A stretch of DNA of 64,000 nt. Origin: Candidatus Bathyarchaeota archaeon. GTDB taxonomy: Archaea; Thermoproteota; Bathyarchaeia; Bathyarchaeales; Bathycorpusculaceae. The position numbers were made by a program, and so were the translations under genes. Every line of letters begins with the position of its first letter. Positions within the stretch are counted from its first letter, which is position 1. Positions 48,736-58,370 of this stretch are shown one piece after another. Location of the stretch: the NCBI GenBank assembly GCA_013388895.1, contig JACAEK010000052.1:6684-70683 (forward strand). The letters are read 5' to 3'. The notes below the pieces were generated by a model that ran no database searches, was not told where the DNA came from, and worked only from the letters and a program-made list of their open reading frames with translations.

Positions 48736-49599
48736 CTAATTCATTAGTTCTTTTCTGACGAGGTCCCGCATTCTAATGGCGTCCAAATCTAAAATGGGGC
48801 TCTCGCTTATGATAACTGGCTTAAGACGATATTCAGCTATGACTTTTGCCAGCATTCTAAAGTCCGGTCCGTAGCGCTTTTCATCCAGTATGTGATGGCG
48901 TCTTTCGCCTTTGCTCGTAAATTCGACTTTTGCGAAATGGCAATGCAAATTTTTGATAGCTTCTGTTCCAAGTCTATTCTCAATTTCGTCAACGACCCTG
49001 CGAAAATCTTCAACTGTTCCGAATCGCCCCCTGTCTCTTGCATGCAAATGTGACCAATCAATTACTGGCTGCGTCTGTTCAACTGTTTCGCACAGGTTTA
49101 TGACTTCTTCTAGACTTCCAAGTTGTGTGCGTTTTCCCATGGTTTCAGGACCAATTTTGACATTATTGATTCCTAGACTTTTCATGGTTTCAACTGTTCC
49201 TTTCAATGCTTTTACACAAGTGGCGAAGGCTTCTCTTTTCAATCTTTTGCCATAAAACCCTGAATGAAAGACCACGACGTATGCTTTCATCCATTTTGCC
49301 GCAGTGACACATGCGAGTAGGCGCTTTTTGCTTGCTTCTATTATGGCTTTTTCGCCGCAGAAATTTATGAAGTATGAGCCATGGAGACTAAGTAAAACAT
49401 CGTTTTTTGCAGCCTCCAAACCAAGCTTTTCTGCATCTTCCCTCTTCAGCTGAGGATTTGCACCCCAACGAACCGCTTCATACTCGAAAGCATCAAGCCC
49501 CTCCTTCTGTAAAAGTTTAGGGACATCTGCTAGTGTTGCTTTAAACATTCTAAAAAGTGGAGGGACGCCTGCTGGACCAAACCTGGGACGGTCAGCCAT
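48736..49599 (-). CDS. Xylose-isomerase-like TIM barrel, endonuclease IV (Nfo)-like
   Basis: The spacing of metal-ligand-like residues (LHGSYFINF, VFHSGFY, GPETMG, DWSHLHARD, LHCHF) resembles Endo IV. Confidence 0.5.
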   Translation of the reverse strand: MADRPRFGPAGVPPLFRMFKATLADVPKLLQKEGLDAFEYEAVRWGANPQLKREDAEKLGLEAAKNDVLLSLHGSYFINFCGEKAIIEASKKRLLACVTAAKWMKAYVVVFHSGFYGKRLKREAFATCVKALKGTVETMKSLGINNVKIGPETMGKRTQLGSLEEVINLCETVEQTQPVIDWSHLHARDRGRFGTVEDFRRVVDEIENRLGTEAIKNLHCHFAKVEFTSKGERRHHILDEKRYGPDFRMLAKVIAEYRLKPVIISESPILDLDAIRMRDLVRKELMN

Positions 49600-49613
49600 T
49601 TAGGAGCGCCTCT

Positions 49614-50438
49614 TTAACTTTTGCCTTTTCTATATCGATAGCTCTTACGAAATTCTCCATAGAACAAGACTGCTAGAGCGGCAATCCAAGCTGCAGCATT
49701 TTGGAAAGCCAAATATTTTCCAGCATTATCTAAATTTGTCAAAGGTCTAAGAATATTTCCCAAGCCAGAAACGACGTTTCTAAAGCCGGGTGCAGCAGAT
49801 AATAACGCGTTGTTCATACCAGTGAAAATGCTTCCAACAGGCGCTAAAGTTGCTGAAACATTTTTCATAAAATCAAACAGTGCAGGGTTGTTCTGGTAGA
49901 GGTCTGCCACTGTTCGCGGGATTAATCTCGGAAACGCTATGAGGGAGATTATGAGAATGAACGTTCCAAAGGCTAGCAATACTGTCAATGCACTTTTTAT
50001 GGTGGCTCTTGCAAAATGTATTCTTTGCCAGAGATACGCGATACTTCTTACATGTAGTAATCCAGATTTCACTTTTCCAAAGAATTTTTTTACACCTGGC
50101 TCTTTGCCACGTTTTGAGACAGTTCCGACTTTTCGTTTGCCTGCCTCGTATGGTTTGATGGCTAAATGCCTCGTTAAATAGGTCCAGATGAACAATAGCG
50201 TAGTTATAACAGTTATAGGAACCAAATGGAAGAGTGGACTGATTGTTATGGTGAGAAATTGGCTGGTCCATTGCAATGCAGAGGTGTCTCTGACTCCGAG
50301 ATTCATTGCATATAGCACAATGACATATTCGATTAGCGCTGCAATCAGGAGGAATAGAATTATAGCTGCTAAACCTTTCATTGTTGTCCAACGAATTACT
50401 AGACGCTTCGTGGGTGTTTGCGCCGCCACATTTTTCAC
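49614..50438 (-). CDS. Multi-TM membrane protein, unknown function
   Basis: 274 aa with several hydrophobic helices and a basic C-terminus. Confidence 0.5.
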   Translation of the reverse strand: MKNVAAQTPTKRLVIRWTTMKGLAAIILFLLIAALIEYVIVLYAMNLGVRDTSALQWTSQFLTITISPLFHLVPITVITTLLFIWTYLTRHLAIKPYEAGKRKVGTVSKRGKEPGVKKFFGKVKSGLLHVRSIAYLWQRIHFARATIKSALTVLLAFGTFILIISLIAFPRLIPRTVADLYQNNPALFDFMKNVSATLAPVGSIFTGMNNALLSAAPGFRNVVSGLGNILRPLTNLDNAGKYLAFQNAAAWIAALAVLFYGEFRKSYRYRKGKS

Positions 50439-50607
50439 CAGTTGTGATATGATTTTATGCCTACGATTCGCATGGAATATGCAAGTTCTAATTAAAAAAT
50501 GTGACTGTAGAGAATACGAATTTTAACTCTGAATTGTTAAGCCTTAAACTCTTTATTTTTGCGAATCAAAGGATTTTAGGCGATACCATATGAGTGCACT
50601 CTTGTTG

Positions 50608-50799
50608 TTACGACATGGGGAATTCATGTCCGCATTTTGGACATTTAGCCATGCCACAATGTACTGTGGATGGGCAACCGGAACACGCGAAAGCCCTGCC
50701 ATATGTGATGTCAAAAGCGAAGCCGCATCTGGGACACTTCATCACATGTTTTGCTTGCGCATTCATTCTATTTCGCATTCCTTGAATCAACCTTTGCAA
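50608..50799 (-). CDS. Small double zinc-ribbon protein
   Basis: 63 aa with CPRCG, CSGC and CPKCG. Confidence 0.45.
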   Translation of the reverse strand: MQRLIQGMRNRMNAQAKHVMKCPRCGFAFDITYGRAFACSGCPSTVHCGMAKCPKCGHEFPMS

Positions 50800-50917
50800 G
50801 AAATTTTAAAAACCTTTCTGAAAAATATTAATACGTCTTATGCGGAGATTTTAACAACGTAAACAGCTAAATATTCACTTTGAAAAATGCGAAAAATTGA
50901 TGAAATCTGGGAGGAAA

Positions 50918-51904
50918 ATGCTGAAGACGGACAAGGTGGAGCGCTTAGAGCTTTACAAGAATCGCGATACACAGGTTTTCCTAAGTAAATTTCTAAGTGG
51001 CGAAATAACTGATCTTGAACCTGTCTACGACCCTAAAACTGGGTATCGTTATCCGCTTGTTGAAGCGATTTTGGGCGATGATTCAAACGCGGAAGTGTTC
51101 CTTAACAAGCTGTATGAAACTGGCATTTTAGAGAGAAGACTTTACGACAAAATTGTACATTGTTCAAAATGTGATTCTGCAAACATCTCTATCCGCTATT
51201 GTTGTTCCTACTGTAAATCGTTTGATATCAAACGTAGCGCGCTGATTGAGCATGTTAAATGTGGTTATATGGATGTTGAAGAAAACTTTGTAAAAGGAAA
51301 CAAGCTCGTCTGTCCAAAATGTCATGAAGAACTGAAAAAGCTTGATGTAGATTATAGAAAGGCTGGAATGTGGTGCACCTGCAAAGACTGCGGCAAAAGT
51401 TTCGACATTCCTTTAACTGCACATTTCTGTAGAAACTGTCACACAAACTTCACTTTCGAAGACGCCGTCATTAAAGATGTTTACGTTTATACCCTGAAGA
51501 AAGAGGCAAGGGAAGAGGCTTCTGTAGGCTGGATAGTAATTGCCCCAATAAGAGATTTTCTAGTAGAAAATGGATTTGAGGTGGAAAGCCCCGCTTTCAT
51601 AAAAGGCAAATCTGGGGCTAATCACATGTTCGACATTGCCGCTTACAAGAAAAAGGCAGAAAACACGCAAAAGATGGTGGTGATAGACTTAGCAACATCC
51701 ATGGAAAATTCGGTGTCTGAACAGCCTGTAATTGCGCTTTTTGCTAAAATATACGACGTTTCACCAGAGAACGCCTATTTAATTGCAATTCCGAAAATGA
51801 GCGAAAACGGAAAGAAAATGGCAGAATTATACAACATAAAACTCATAGAAGCTAAAAATCAGAATGTCGCCATAAAAACATTAGCGGCTTCGATGAAGAA
51901 ATAA
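50918..51904 (+). CDS. Multi-zinc-ribbon protein with C-terminal Mrr/PD-(D/E)xK-like domain
   Basis: Four Cys pairs (CSKCD, CSYC, CPKC, CKDCG, CRNC). The C-terminal segment is FLVENGFEV..GKSGANHMFDIAA..MVVIDLA..YLIAIP..IKLIE. ATG at 50918 with SD GGGAGG. Confidence 0.5.
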   Translation: MLKTDKVERLELYKNRDTQVFLSKFLSGEITDLEPVYDPKTGYRYPLVEAILGDDSNAEVFLNKLYETGILERRLYDKIVHCSKCDSANISIRYCCSYCKSFDIKRSALIEHVKCGYMDVEENFVKGNKLVCPKCHEELKKLDVDYRKAGMWCTCKDCGKSFDIPLTAHFCRNCHTNFTFEDAVIKDVYVYTLKKEAREEASVGWIVIAPIRDFLVENGFEVESPAFIKGKSGANHMFDIAAYKKKAENTQKMVVIDLATSMENSVSEQPVIALFAKIYDVSPENAYLIAIPKMSENGKKMAELYNIKLIEAKNQNVAIKTLAASMKK

Positions 51905-51918
51905 TAGGCTTTTAGGCG

Positions 51919-54387
51919 TTAAGAATTCGCGAATACTGCCGTGTTTCCCCGTTGAGTAATGATTTTCGCCATGTATTCTCCATTTGGCAATGAGATATTT
52001 GCGTCATCGTAGATTAAAGTCTCTCCAGGATTTACGAAAATGTTGGTGTTGTAGTGTTTATGAACTGTAGAATTGATAATCCATAATGAAACCACATGGG
52101 TAGTTAGCGAGCCCTTGTTTTTGAATGTGAAGCGTGTCACTGCAGTTTCCACGACTTTTTGTTCTATCCAATCAACTTTCAAGTCAAATTGTGCATCAGT
52201 TGCTTTGACTCCTGTGATTTTCATCTTCCAATTTCCAGTGGCGTTTCTGAAATGAGTTGGATTGACTATTATCGTTTGGTTTTTGTTCTCATCTGCGTTT
52301 GGCGTGCTGTTAGAAGTGTAAGCAATGTAGCCATCTCCGCTTGTTGAATAACCGTTCAATGTGTAATTGTATAGTTGAAGTGTGACGTTTACGGACCCAA
52401 GTGTCCAGGCGCTGTCAACTGTCCAGTTAAGCTGACTCCAGCTTGCAGTATTGCTTGAGCCTATGAACTCGACTTCCGCAGTGTATTCGTTATACCAAAC
52501 GTGCAGTATGGCAGCATCAATGTTCCAAATGTCTTGACTCACGTCGTCTGTCATGTTTGTGTCTTTAAATCTGACAGTGAAAGTTGAAGAGGTAAAGTAA
52601 GCGGAAACAGATACATTGTTCCATCCGCTTGACAGATAAGGAAATACATTCAGCCATGACGAACCATTCCACGTATCCACCCGAATATTCTCCCATCCCA
52701 TACTTCCTCCGAATATGCAAAGCTCTTCATTTGGCAAATCATAAGTTGCGTTTGTCCATTGAACCTCCAAATCTAACTCATAATTTTTGGGAATTTTGAG
52801 AACATAGATTGCAGATTGTTTGCTGTAGATGGTGTCTGTGCCAGTTCCCCCAGTGCCGAATGTCGTTTCCACTTTGAAGTTTGTGGAGCTTGTTTCAACA
52901 TAGACATAGTGGGACGCTATTCTGGCTATTTCTGCATAATCCAGTCTACGGTCGTCTTTTCTTTGAACAAAAACGTCGTCTATTTCAATTCCGCCAGATT
53001 CCCGGCTTGATGTTCCGCTTGAAATCGTGTGAATGCCCGCTAAAACCAAATAGTCTCTTTGCTCACCTGGGTCGGCTACGTTTACGACGCTTCTGACAGT
53101 GTTGGCGCTCGTTGTGCTATTTACTGTAGTGTCTTCATCAAATTCCAGAAGGTCAAATGCGTCTACTCGAAAGGCAACAATTCTAACATCCCTTGCAGTG
53201 CTAGTTTCTCCCGCAATTCGCAGTTGTGTTTGTACCCTAAACGTGTGCTGCGTTGTATTCAGGCTGATTTTAGTGAACAAACCATGCGGCTCGAATTGGT
53301 CCCTATCTGTATGTGTTCTTCTTGTATTGGGCGTTGACCACGCAACGGGGTACAAGCCAGTTCCTAAGTCGTAATCTAGCCATGTTTCTGCCCCTGCGCC
53401 CACTGGCAACTCGGACACTAAAACACAATAAGCTATTATGTAGTCTCCAGCAAAAGACGGGATAAACTGGAGAGTGGCTAAAGTCTGGGAACCAGTTATA
53501 GAGATGTCGCCATTTACTTCCGTGTATTCTAGACCAGCCGTATCTAGTCTAATGCAGAGAATGTGAATGTTTCTTGCGTAGGCTGTGTTTCCTGAAGAAG
53601 CTTGGAATTGAAATTGCACAGTTTGTTGAGATGTTACACTAGTTATTCTGCTGAAATGGAAATAGGCGTTATAAGGCGCAATTGGAGTGGAGCTTGTTGT
53701 TCCCTGTTGAACACCTGTCTCTCCTCTAGAAACGCCATTAATAGTGTATTTAAACCTAGCTCGATTTTCAGATGTTGAGCTACTTCTTATATCTGCGGTA
53801 ACGAGTATGAGCCACTCTTCTGCTGAGGTTCTCGGTGTGAAACTCACGCTTGCTCCTGGAACATCTGTCCACGCAGCATTTATTGTTGTTTGTTCTAAAG
53901 AAACAGTGGTTTGTTTAAAAACGATGCCTGTGCTCTCTTCTGTTAAAGTGTCAAACGTGCTGTCTGGACCAGCCTGTTGCGCTGAGAAACTGCTATGCGC
54001 GCCTATGTTTCTAAAAGAATCCACATCTGATGAGTTGTTGTCCACAAAATCTAATGCGCTTGTTCCAGAGTAATAGCTTCTAAAAGTTGCATAACTGCCA
54101 TCGTTCGCAACTAGGTCGGAAATGCTTCCTGACACCCAGCTTGTTGAATCCCAGAGAGAATACCCCGAAGGATTAAATGACCAAATGTCTCTGACTGCTG
54201 AAACATTAGCTATTGCTATGTTTTCTTGGGTTTTTTCCCAGTCGAACTGGTTCATTTGGTAGCTCCAAAGCACCACGTTTGCGACTATAACTACTATTAG
54301 AATTAGGCTTAGCATAACGACTATCACGTTGCTTATGCCTCTTTTTGTATGCTTAAAGTGTTTAAGGCGCCTTGTAATATTCCACAA
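51919..54387 (-). CDS. Large pilin-signal (class III) extracellular protein, putative pilus tip/adhesin
   Basis: N-terminus HTKRG-ISNVIVVMLSLILIVVIV, an archaeal prepilin-type signal. 822 aa with many N-x-S/T sequons and three internal repeats. Confidence 0.6.
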   Translation of the reverse strand: MWNITRRLKHFKHTKRGISNVIVVMLSLILIVVIVANVVLWSYQMNQFDWEKTQENIAIANVSAVRDIWSFNPSGYSLWDSTSWVSGSISDLVANDGSYATFRSYYSGTSALDFVDNNSSDVDSFRNIGAHSSFSAQQAGPDSTFDTLTEESTGIVFKQTTVSLEQTTINAAWTDVPGASVSFTPRTSAEEWLILVTADIRSSSTSENRARFKYTINGVSRGETGVQQGTTSSTPIAPYNAYFHFSRITSVTSQQTVQFQFQASSGNTAYARNIHILCIRLDTAGLEYTEVNGDISITGSQTLATLQFIPSFAGDYIIAYCVLVSELPVGAGAETWLDYDLGTGLYPVAWSTPNTRRTHTDRDQFEPHGLFTKISLNTTQHTFRVQTQLRIAGETSTARDVRIVAFRVDAFDLLEFDEDTTVNSTTSANTVRSVVNVADPGEQRDYLVLAGIHTISSGTSSRESGGIEIDDVFVQRKDDRRLDYAEIARIASHYVYVETSSTNFKVETTFGTGGTGTDTIYSKQSAIYVLKIPKNYELDLEVQWTNATYDLPNEELCIFGGSMGWENIRVDTWNGSSWLNVFPYLSSGWNNVSVSAYFTSSTFTVRFKDTNMTDDVSQDIWNIDAAILHVWYNEYTAEVEFIGSSNTASWSQLNWTVDSAWTLGSVNVTLQLYNYTLNGYSTSGDGYIAYTSNSTPNADENKNQTIIVNPTHFRNATGNWKMKITGVKATDAQFDLKVDWIEQKVVETAVTRFTFKNKGSLTTHVVSLWIINSTVHKHYNTNIFVNPGETLIYDDANISLPNGEYMAKIITQRGNTAVFANS

Positions 54388-54787
54388 GATGAGTCCCCCT
54401 TGTCGTTACAATATCCACATAGTAAATGCTGTCAGAAGTCCACGCAAGTGAAACGTTAAGCCAACCGTGTTGATCTATTTCTAAATCAAACGGAGAAACA
54501 AAAGACTGAGAAGTGTGGTTAACGTAGACAGCTGAAACATGAATAGCAACTTTTCCAATGTTGCGAAGATAAATGCTTATGCCTGTTGAATTGTTAAACC
54601 ATAAGTCTTCGATGATGATACGTTCACTCATGATTTCCCTCAAGTTAGTTGTTATGACGTAGGTTGCTGTGGTGGCAATAGACATGGCAGCCACAGCTAC
54701 AACTGTGAGCAAAAGGTTGCTTAGCACCGGCGTTATAGCCCGCTTATCACGGAAAAATTTCTTCAGCGTCTTCATATCTTTGCTCAC
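54362..54787 (-). CDS. Archaeal type IV pilin-like protein
   Basis: N-terminus RDKRA-ITPVLSNLLLTVVAVAAM (class III signal) followed by a beta-rich domain. Confidence 0.65.
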   Translation of the reverse strand: MSKDMKTLKKFFRDKRAITPVLSNLLLTVVAVAAMSIATTATYVITTNLREIMSERIIIEDLWFNNSTGISIYLRNIGKVAIHVSAVYVNHTSQSFVSPFDLEIDQHGWLNVSLAWTSDSIYYVDIVTTRGTHLVEYYKAP

Positions 54788-54788
54788 C

Positions 54789-55616
54789 TTACAAGAATAG
54801 CCTTAAGGCTATGTAACCGCAAAGCATCATGATTAGACCATGCTTTAGCCCTGCATTTATTGTTCCTTCTCCCATTTTTCCTGCAACTAAACCTCCAAAA
54901 AAGGCTTGGATTGACGTCATATGGAAAAATAGGCGTTGCATTTCTCTAGGTGACATCACTGCTGTTCCTATGATTGGTAAGCCTTCTATGCTTACAAAGA
55001 ATGATTTAAAAAGCAATATCACGGTGAAGAGGAACACGAAGAAGGCTACGTAGATTATTGCAATGTACGGTCTTGTCTGATTGCGCCTTTCTTTGTCCAG
55101 TAGAAGTGTTATTTGTATGAACTTGCCTAAAGGGTCGAAAACCTTTTCTACATGTCCTCCCGAACGGCTTGATTCAATGATAAGTGGCACAGTTCTCTGC
55201 ACAAGCATCGTATTGGCACGTCTTCCAAAAGCTAAAAGCGCCGCATCAAAGGTTAAACCCCACGAAATCTGGGCTGTCATTTTCCTCAATTCGGGCGTTA
55301 ATTGCCCATAATTCCTTTTAGATGCTTCTTCCAGTGCTTGCGGAAGTGTCATGCCTGTCTCTTGGGCTTGAACTATACTTCTGAAAAGATCTGGAAGATG
55401 CGCGTCTATGGCTTTTCTCCACTTATAATCCATATAATTCAAAACTGCTGGTGGAAAAACAGCAGCTATAAACGCGAAGAATATGAATTCGTCGAATGTT
55501 GATGTTCCCCAGAACATGGAGTATGCGAAGAGAATTATTGCAGCAGCTAACAAAACAGAGACAATCCACGCGATTTTTTTTATCCGCATCTCTATTTTCG
55601 GCATTTCCCTTACCAC
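54789..55616 (-). CDS. T2SS-F domain membrane protein (TadC / FlaJ C-terminal-half-like)
   Basis: 275 aa with TM pairs flanking a cytoplasmic helical domain. Overlaps the upstream half gene by 7 nt. Confidence 0.7.
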   Translation of the reverse strand: MVREMPKIEMRIKKIAWIVSVLLAAAIILFAYSMFWGTSTFDEFIFFAFIAAVFPPAVLNYMDYKWRKAIDAHLPDLFRSIVQAQETGMTLPQALEEASKRNYGQLTPELRKMTAQISWGLTFDAALLAFGRRANTMLVQRTVPLIIESSRSGGHVEKVFDPLGKFIQITLLLDKERRNQTRPYIAIIYVAFFVFLFTVILLFKSFFVSIEGLPIIGTAVMSPREMQRLFFHMTSIQAFFGGLVAGKMGEGTINAGLKHGLIMMLCGYIALRLFL

Positions 55617-56617
55617 TTGGGTGAAGCTGCGTCCAAAATAATCAAGAACATTATGGAGCCTAACGGTATTCCAACGTAGGTAAGCAGCTGAAGCAAGAGT
55701 TCTGGGCTAAGCATGCCCAAGTTGCCCCCGCCTAGCATGGTCATGACTGCAAACATTATTACTAACAGCAGAGGACCTGTTACGAGTAAAGCCACGTAGA
55801 ACTCTGACAAAGTAGAGAGTGTATCAGAAAACTTGCGCAGATTTATTCGCTTTAACTTCATGTATTGCCTTGATTTTTCTCGAAGATAGGCAGACAAATT
55901 TCCGCCTGAATGTATTGTTGAAATGAATCCTTCCAGCATTTCTCGGAATCTTTCAGAAGGCGCCCGCTTTGACATCGCCTCTAAGGCAGAGATTATATCC
56001 GCCCCGAAAAGATTCACGTCCCTTGCAACATTCTTAGCCTCTTGAGAAACAGCCAAAGGCACGCTAAGATTCGATAGTGAATAAAATATTTTTTCAGGAG
56101 AAACGCCTGCGCTTGTGAGAATTGCCATATAACCAGTTGTGAAAGGTAATTCGTCTTCGAGCTCTCTTTTAAGCTTGTCAGCGCGATAAACTGGATAGAC
56201 GTAGAATCCGATAATTGAGAAAGCGCAAGCAAATAGACTTCCCCCAATGCCAAACATGATGGATGGCAATAGCTGTATTTTGAGGGCAAAAACTAGCAAT
56301 GATGGGATTAGCGCTACCGCAGTGAAAGAGATTAATATCGTGGCAAATAATGTTAAGCTTACGTAAGCCTTAAAGCTGATTTTCAAACCAGCCCTTTGCA
56401 AATTTGCGTCTAGATCTCTGAAGAGTGGCAGAACACGTTCTGTCTTTTCTCCAGTAAGCTGGTAAGCCATTGAATGGGGGCTCTTGAAGTCGAGTCCGAT
56501 GTTTTTCTTGGGTATTTCTGATTTGAAACGTGGCAGTTTTTTACGTGGATTTCCAAGATGTTCCCTAACACGCTTATACAAATGTCTGATTTTTTCAATA
56601 GCTTTGTTGTTCATCAT
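55610..56617 (-). CDS. T2SS-F domain membrane protein (TadB / FlaJ N-terminal-half-like)
   Basis: 335 aa with the same architecture. 4-nt overlap with the ATPase gene. Confidence 0.7.
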   Translation of the reverse strand: MMNNKAIEKIRHLYKRVREHLGNPRKKLPRFKSEIPKKNIGLDFKSPHSMAYQLTGEKTERVLPLFRDLDANLQRAGLKISFKAYVSLTLFATILISFTAVALIPSLLVFALKIQLLPSIMFGIGGSLFACAFSIIGFYVYPVYRADKLKRELEDELPFTTGYMAILTSAGVSPEKIFYSLSNLSVPLAVSQEAKNVARDVNLFGADIISALEAMSKRAPSERFREMLEGFISTIHSGGNLSAYLREKSRQYMKLKRINLRKFSDTLSTLSEFYVALLVTGPLLLVIMFAVMTMLGGGNLGMLSPELLLQLLTYVGIPLGSIMFLIILDAASPKW

Positions 56618-58179
56618 TTTAGTCCTACTCGGGCTTTTTGGAAAACTCGGCTTGGATTAGTGTAATATTCGCGGATTACGTTCGCAACATCCATGTAGCG
56701 TCGGATGCCTTTGCGCACCATCCATTCTAGAACAATTTTGCGGCGGTTCAATTCGGTTCTGATTTTTTCCTCGTCAAGATCGAACTTTTTTGAATGCTTC
56801 TCCAGAATGTTGCTATGTCCTGAAAAGGCGAATTTGTCCTCTTTTGGGTTCCAGTGGAAAATTTCTTCAGTGACTATACTCTTCTTTTTCGGTTCAAGCT
56901 CTACAATCTCTGTTGTAGCGTTGATTCTCCTTGCTGGTTTTCCGTCAATTTCTGTTCTTGCCATGACCATGATGACGTTTGTCATAGCTATGAGCGCCTT
57001 CGGAATGTTCATGGGTTCTGATTCAAGACGGTTTACTACAGCTTCAACCGACTCTGCATGTATTGTACTTAAACCAAGATGACCAGTTGCCATGGCTTGA
57101 AAAAGTGTATATGCTTCTTCTCCACGGACTTCGCCAACAATTATGTAATCTGGCCTCTGCCTAACTGCAGCCTTTAGCAAGTCAAACAGCGTTATAGAAC
57201 CGCCTTTTTTGTCTTCGTGTCCAAATCCTAATCTTACAACGGAGGGTATCCAATTTTCGTGAGGAAGATTAAGTTCCTGCGTATCTTCAACACTCACTAT
57301 CTTCATTTCGGGCTTAATGAACATTGATAGGCAGTTTAGCATGGTTGTTTTTCCAGAGGCCACGCCTCCTGCCACTATGACTGAGGCGCGGTTTTCGATG
57401 ATGAACCATAGGTAAGCTGCCATCTCCGAAGAAATCGTGTTAAAAGCAATCAGGTCCGAAATGGTCAGCGGATCTACTCTGAAACGTCGGATGGTGAATG
57501 TTGAACCTCTTCTTGTAACTTCGTTGCCATATGTTAACTGTATACGACTGCCGTCTGGAAGTGATGCATCAAGAATCGGAGAGGCAATGGAAATGTTTTT
57601 TTCCGCTAAATATGCTAGGCGAATTATGAACGAGTTAAGTTCTGTTTCGTCCCTAAATATTACGTTTGTTGGCAACGACTCGTAAAGTCTGTGCCAAACA
57701 TAAATTGGTATGTTCACGCCGTCTGCTGATATGTCTTCTATCAAGTGATCCTTCATCAAAGGATCTATTTTTCCGTAGCCTACAAAATCCCTCACTATGT
57801 AATAAACGAGTTTGTCAACTGATTCCGGTGGAACCTTAATGCGGTACTTCTTGATTATCGCGTTTGTTTTCTCTCTCAGGTAGTTTTCTGCCTTTTCTTT
57901 CGTTTCGATATCCTTCAAATTTACGTCTACTTCTTCCATTAAGAAAGTTTTTATCTCCTTCAGTCGTTTCTCTTCTTCCTTTTGAAGTGTAGGCTCTATG
58001 ATTTCGTATAACATTTTTTGTGTTTCCGGGTCTTTGACGATTGCAGCATAGACGTAGGGCTCTTTTATGGGGTAGACTTCTCTGAAAACGGCTGGTTTTT
58101 TCCCCTCTTCTTTCAGTATTATGCCTACTTCAGTCTGTTCTATGGTTGTAGAGGAATCTTTTGGCATTTGGATTTTCAC
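56614..58179 (-). CDS. Type II/IV secretion ATPase, archaeal FlaI/ArlI-PilB family
   Basis: Walker A AGGVASGKTT, Walker B-region IIVGEVRGEEA and His box GHLGLSTIHA. Confidence 0.9.
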   Translation of the reverse strand: MKIQMPKDSSTTIEQTEVGIILKEEGKKPAVFREVYPIKEPYVYAAIVKDPETQKMLYEIIEPTLQKEEEKRLKEIKTFLMEEVDVNLKDIETKEKAENYLREKTNAIIKKYRIKVPPESVDKLVYYIVRDFVGYGKIDPLMKDHLIEDISADGVNIPIYVWHRLYESLPTNVIFRDETELNSFIIRLAYLAEKNISIASPILDASLPDGSRIQLTYGNEVTRRGSTFTIRRFRVDPLTISDLIAFNTISSEMAAYLWFIIENRASVIVAGGVASGKTTMLNCLSMFIKPEMKIVSVEDTQELNLPHENWIPSVVRLGFGHEDKKGGSITLFDLLKAAVRQRPDYIIVGEVRGEEAYTLFQAMATGHLGLSTIHAESVEAVVNRLESEPMNIPKALIAMTNVIMVMARTEIDGKPARRINATTEIVELEPKKKSIVTEEIFHWNPKEDKFAFSGHSNILEKHSKKFDLDEEKIRTELNRRKIVLEWMVRKGIRRYMDVANVIREYYTNPSRVFQKARVGLK

Positions 58180-58370
58180 CGGTGAATTTTTTCGTTTTAG
58201 GGCGCAGAGTACTTTTCCATGAATATAGTGTGTAGCAAGTCTTAATAAGTGATATGCACCCCTAATCTTGAGCGTGCTTAAAACTAACGACCATATACGA
58301 AATGCGACACAATTAATGCTTGAAATTATGCTTATTCAAAAAGTGCAAAATATGAGGAAGTGGCAAAGGA

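Noticed and set aside
49873-50391. 172-aa alternative-frame ORF on the minus strand
   Set aside because: It is nested in the 274-aa membrane-protein ORF. Its Cys/His/Asn/Arg-rich composition is typical of an out-of-frame translation.
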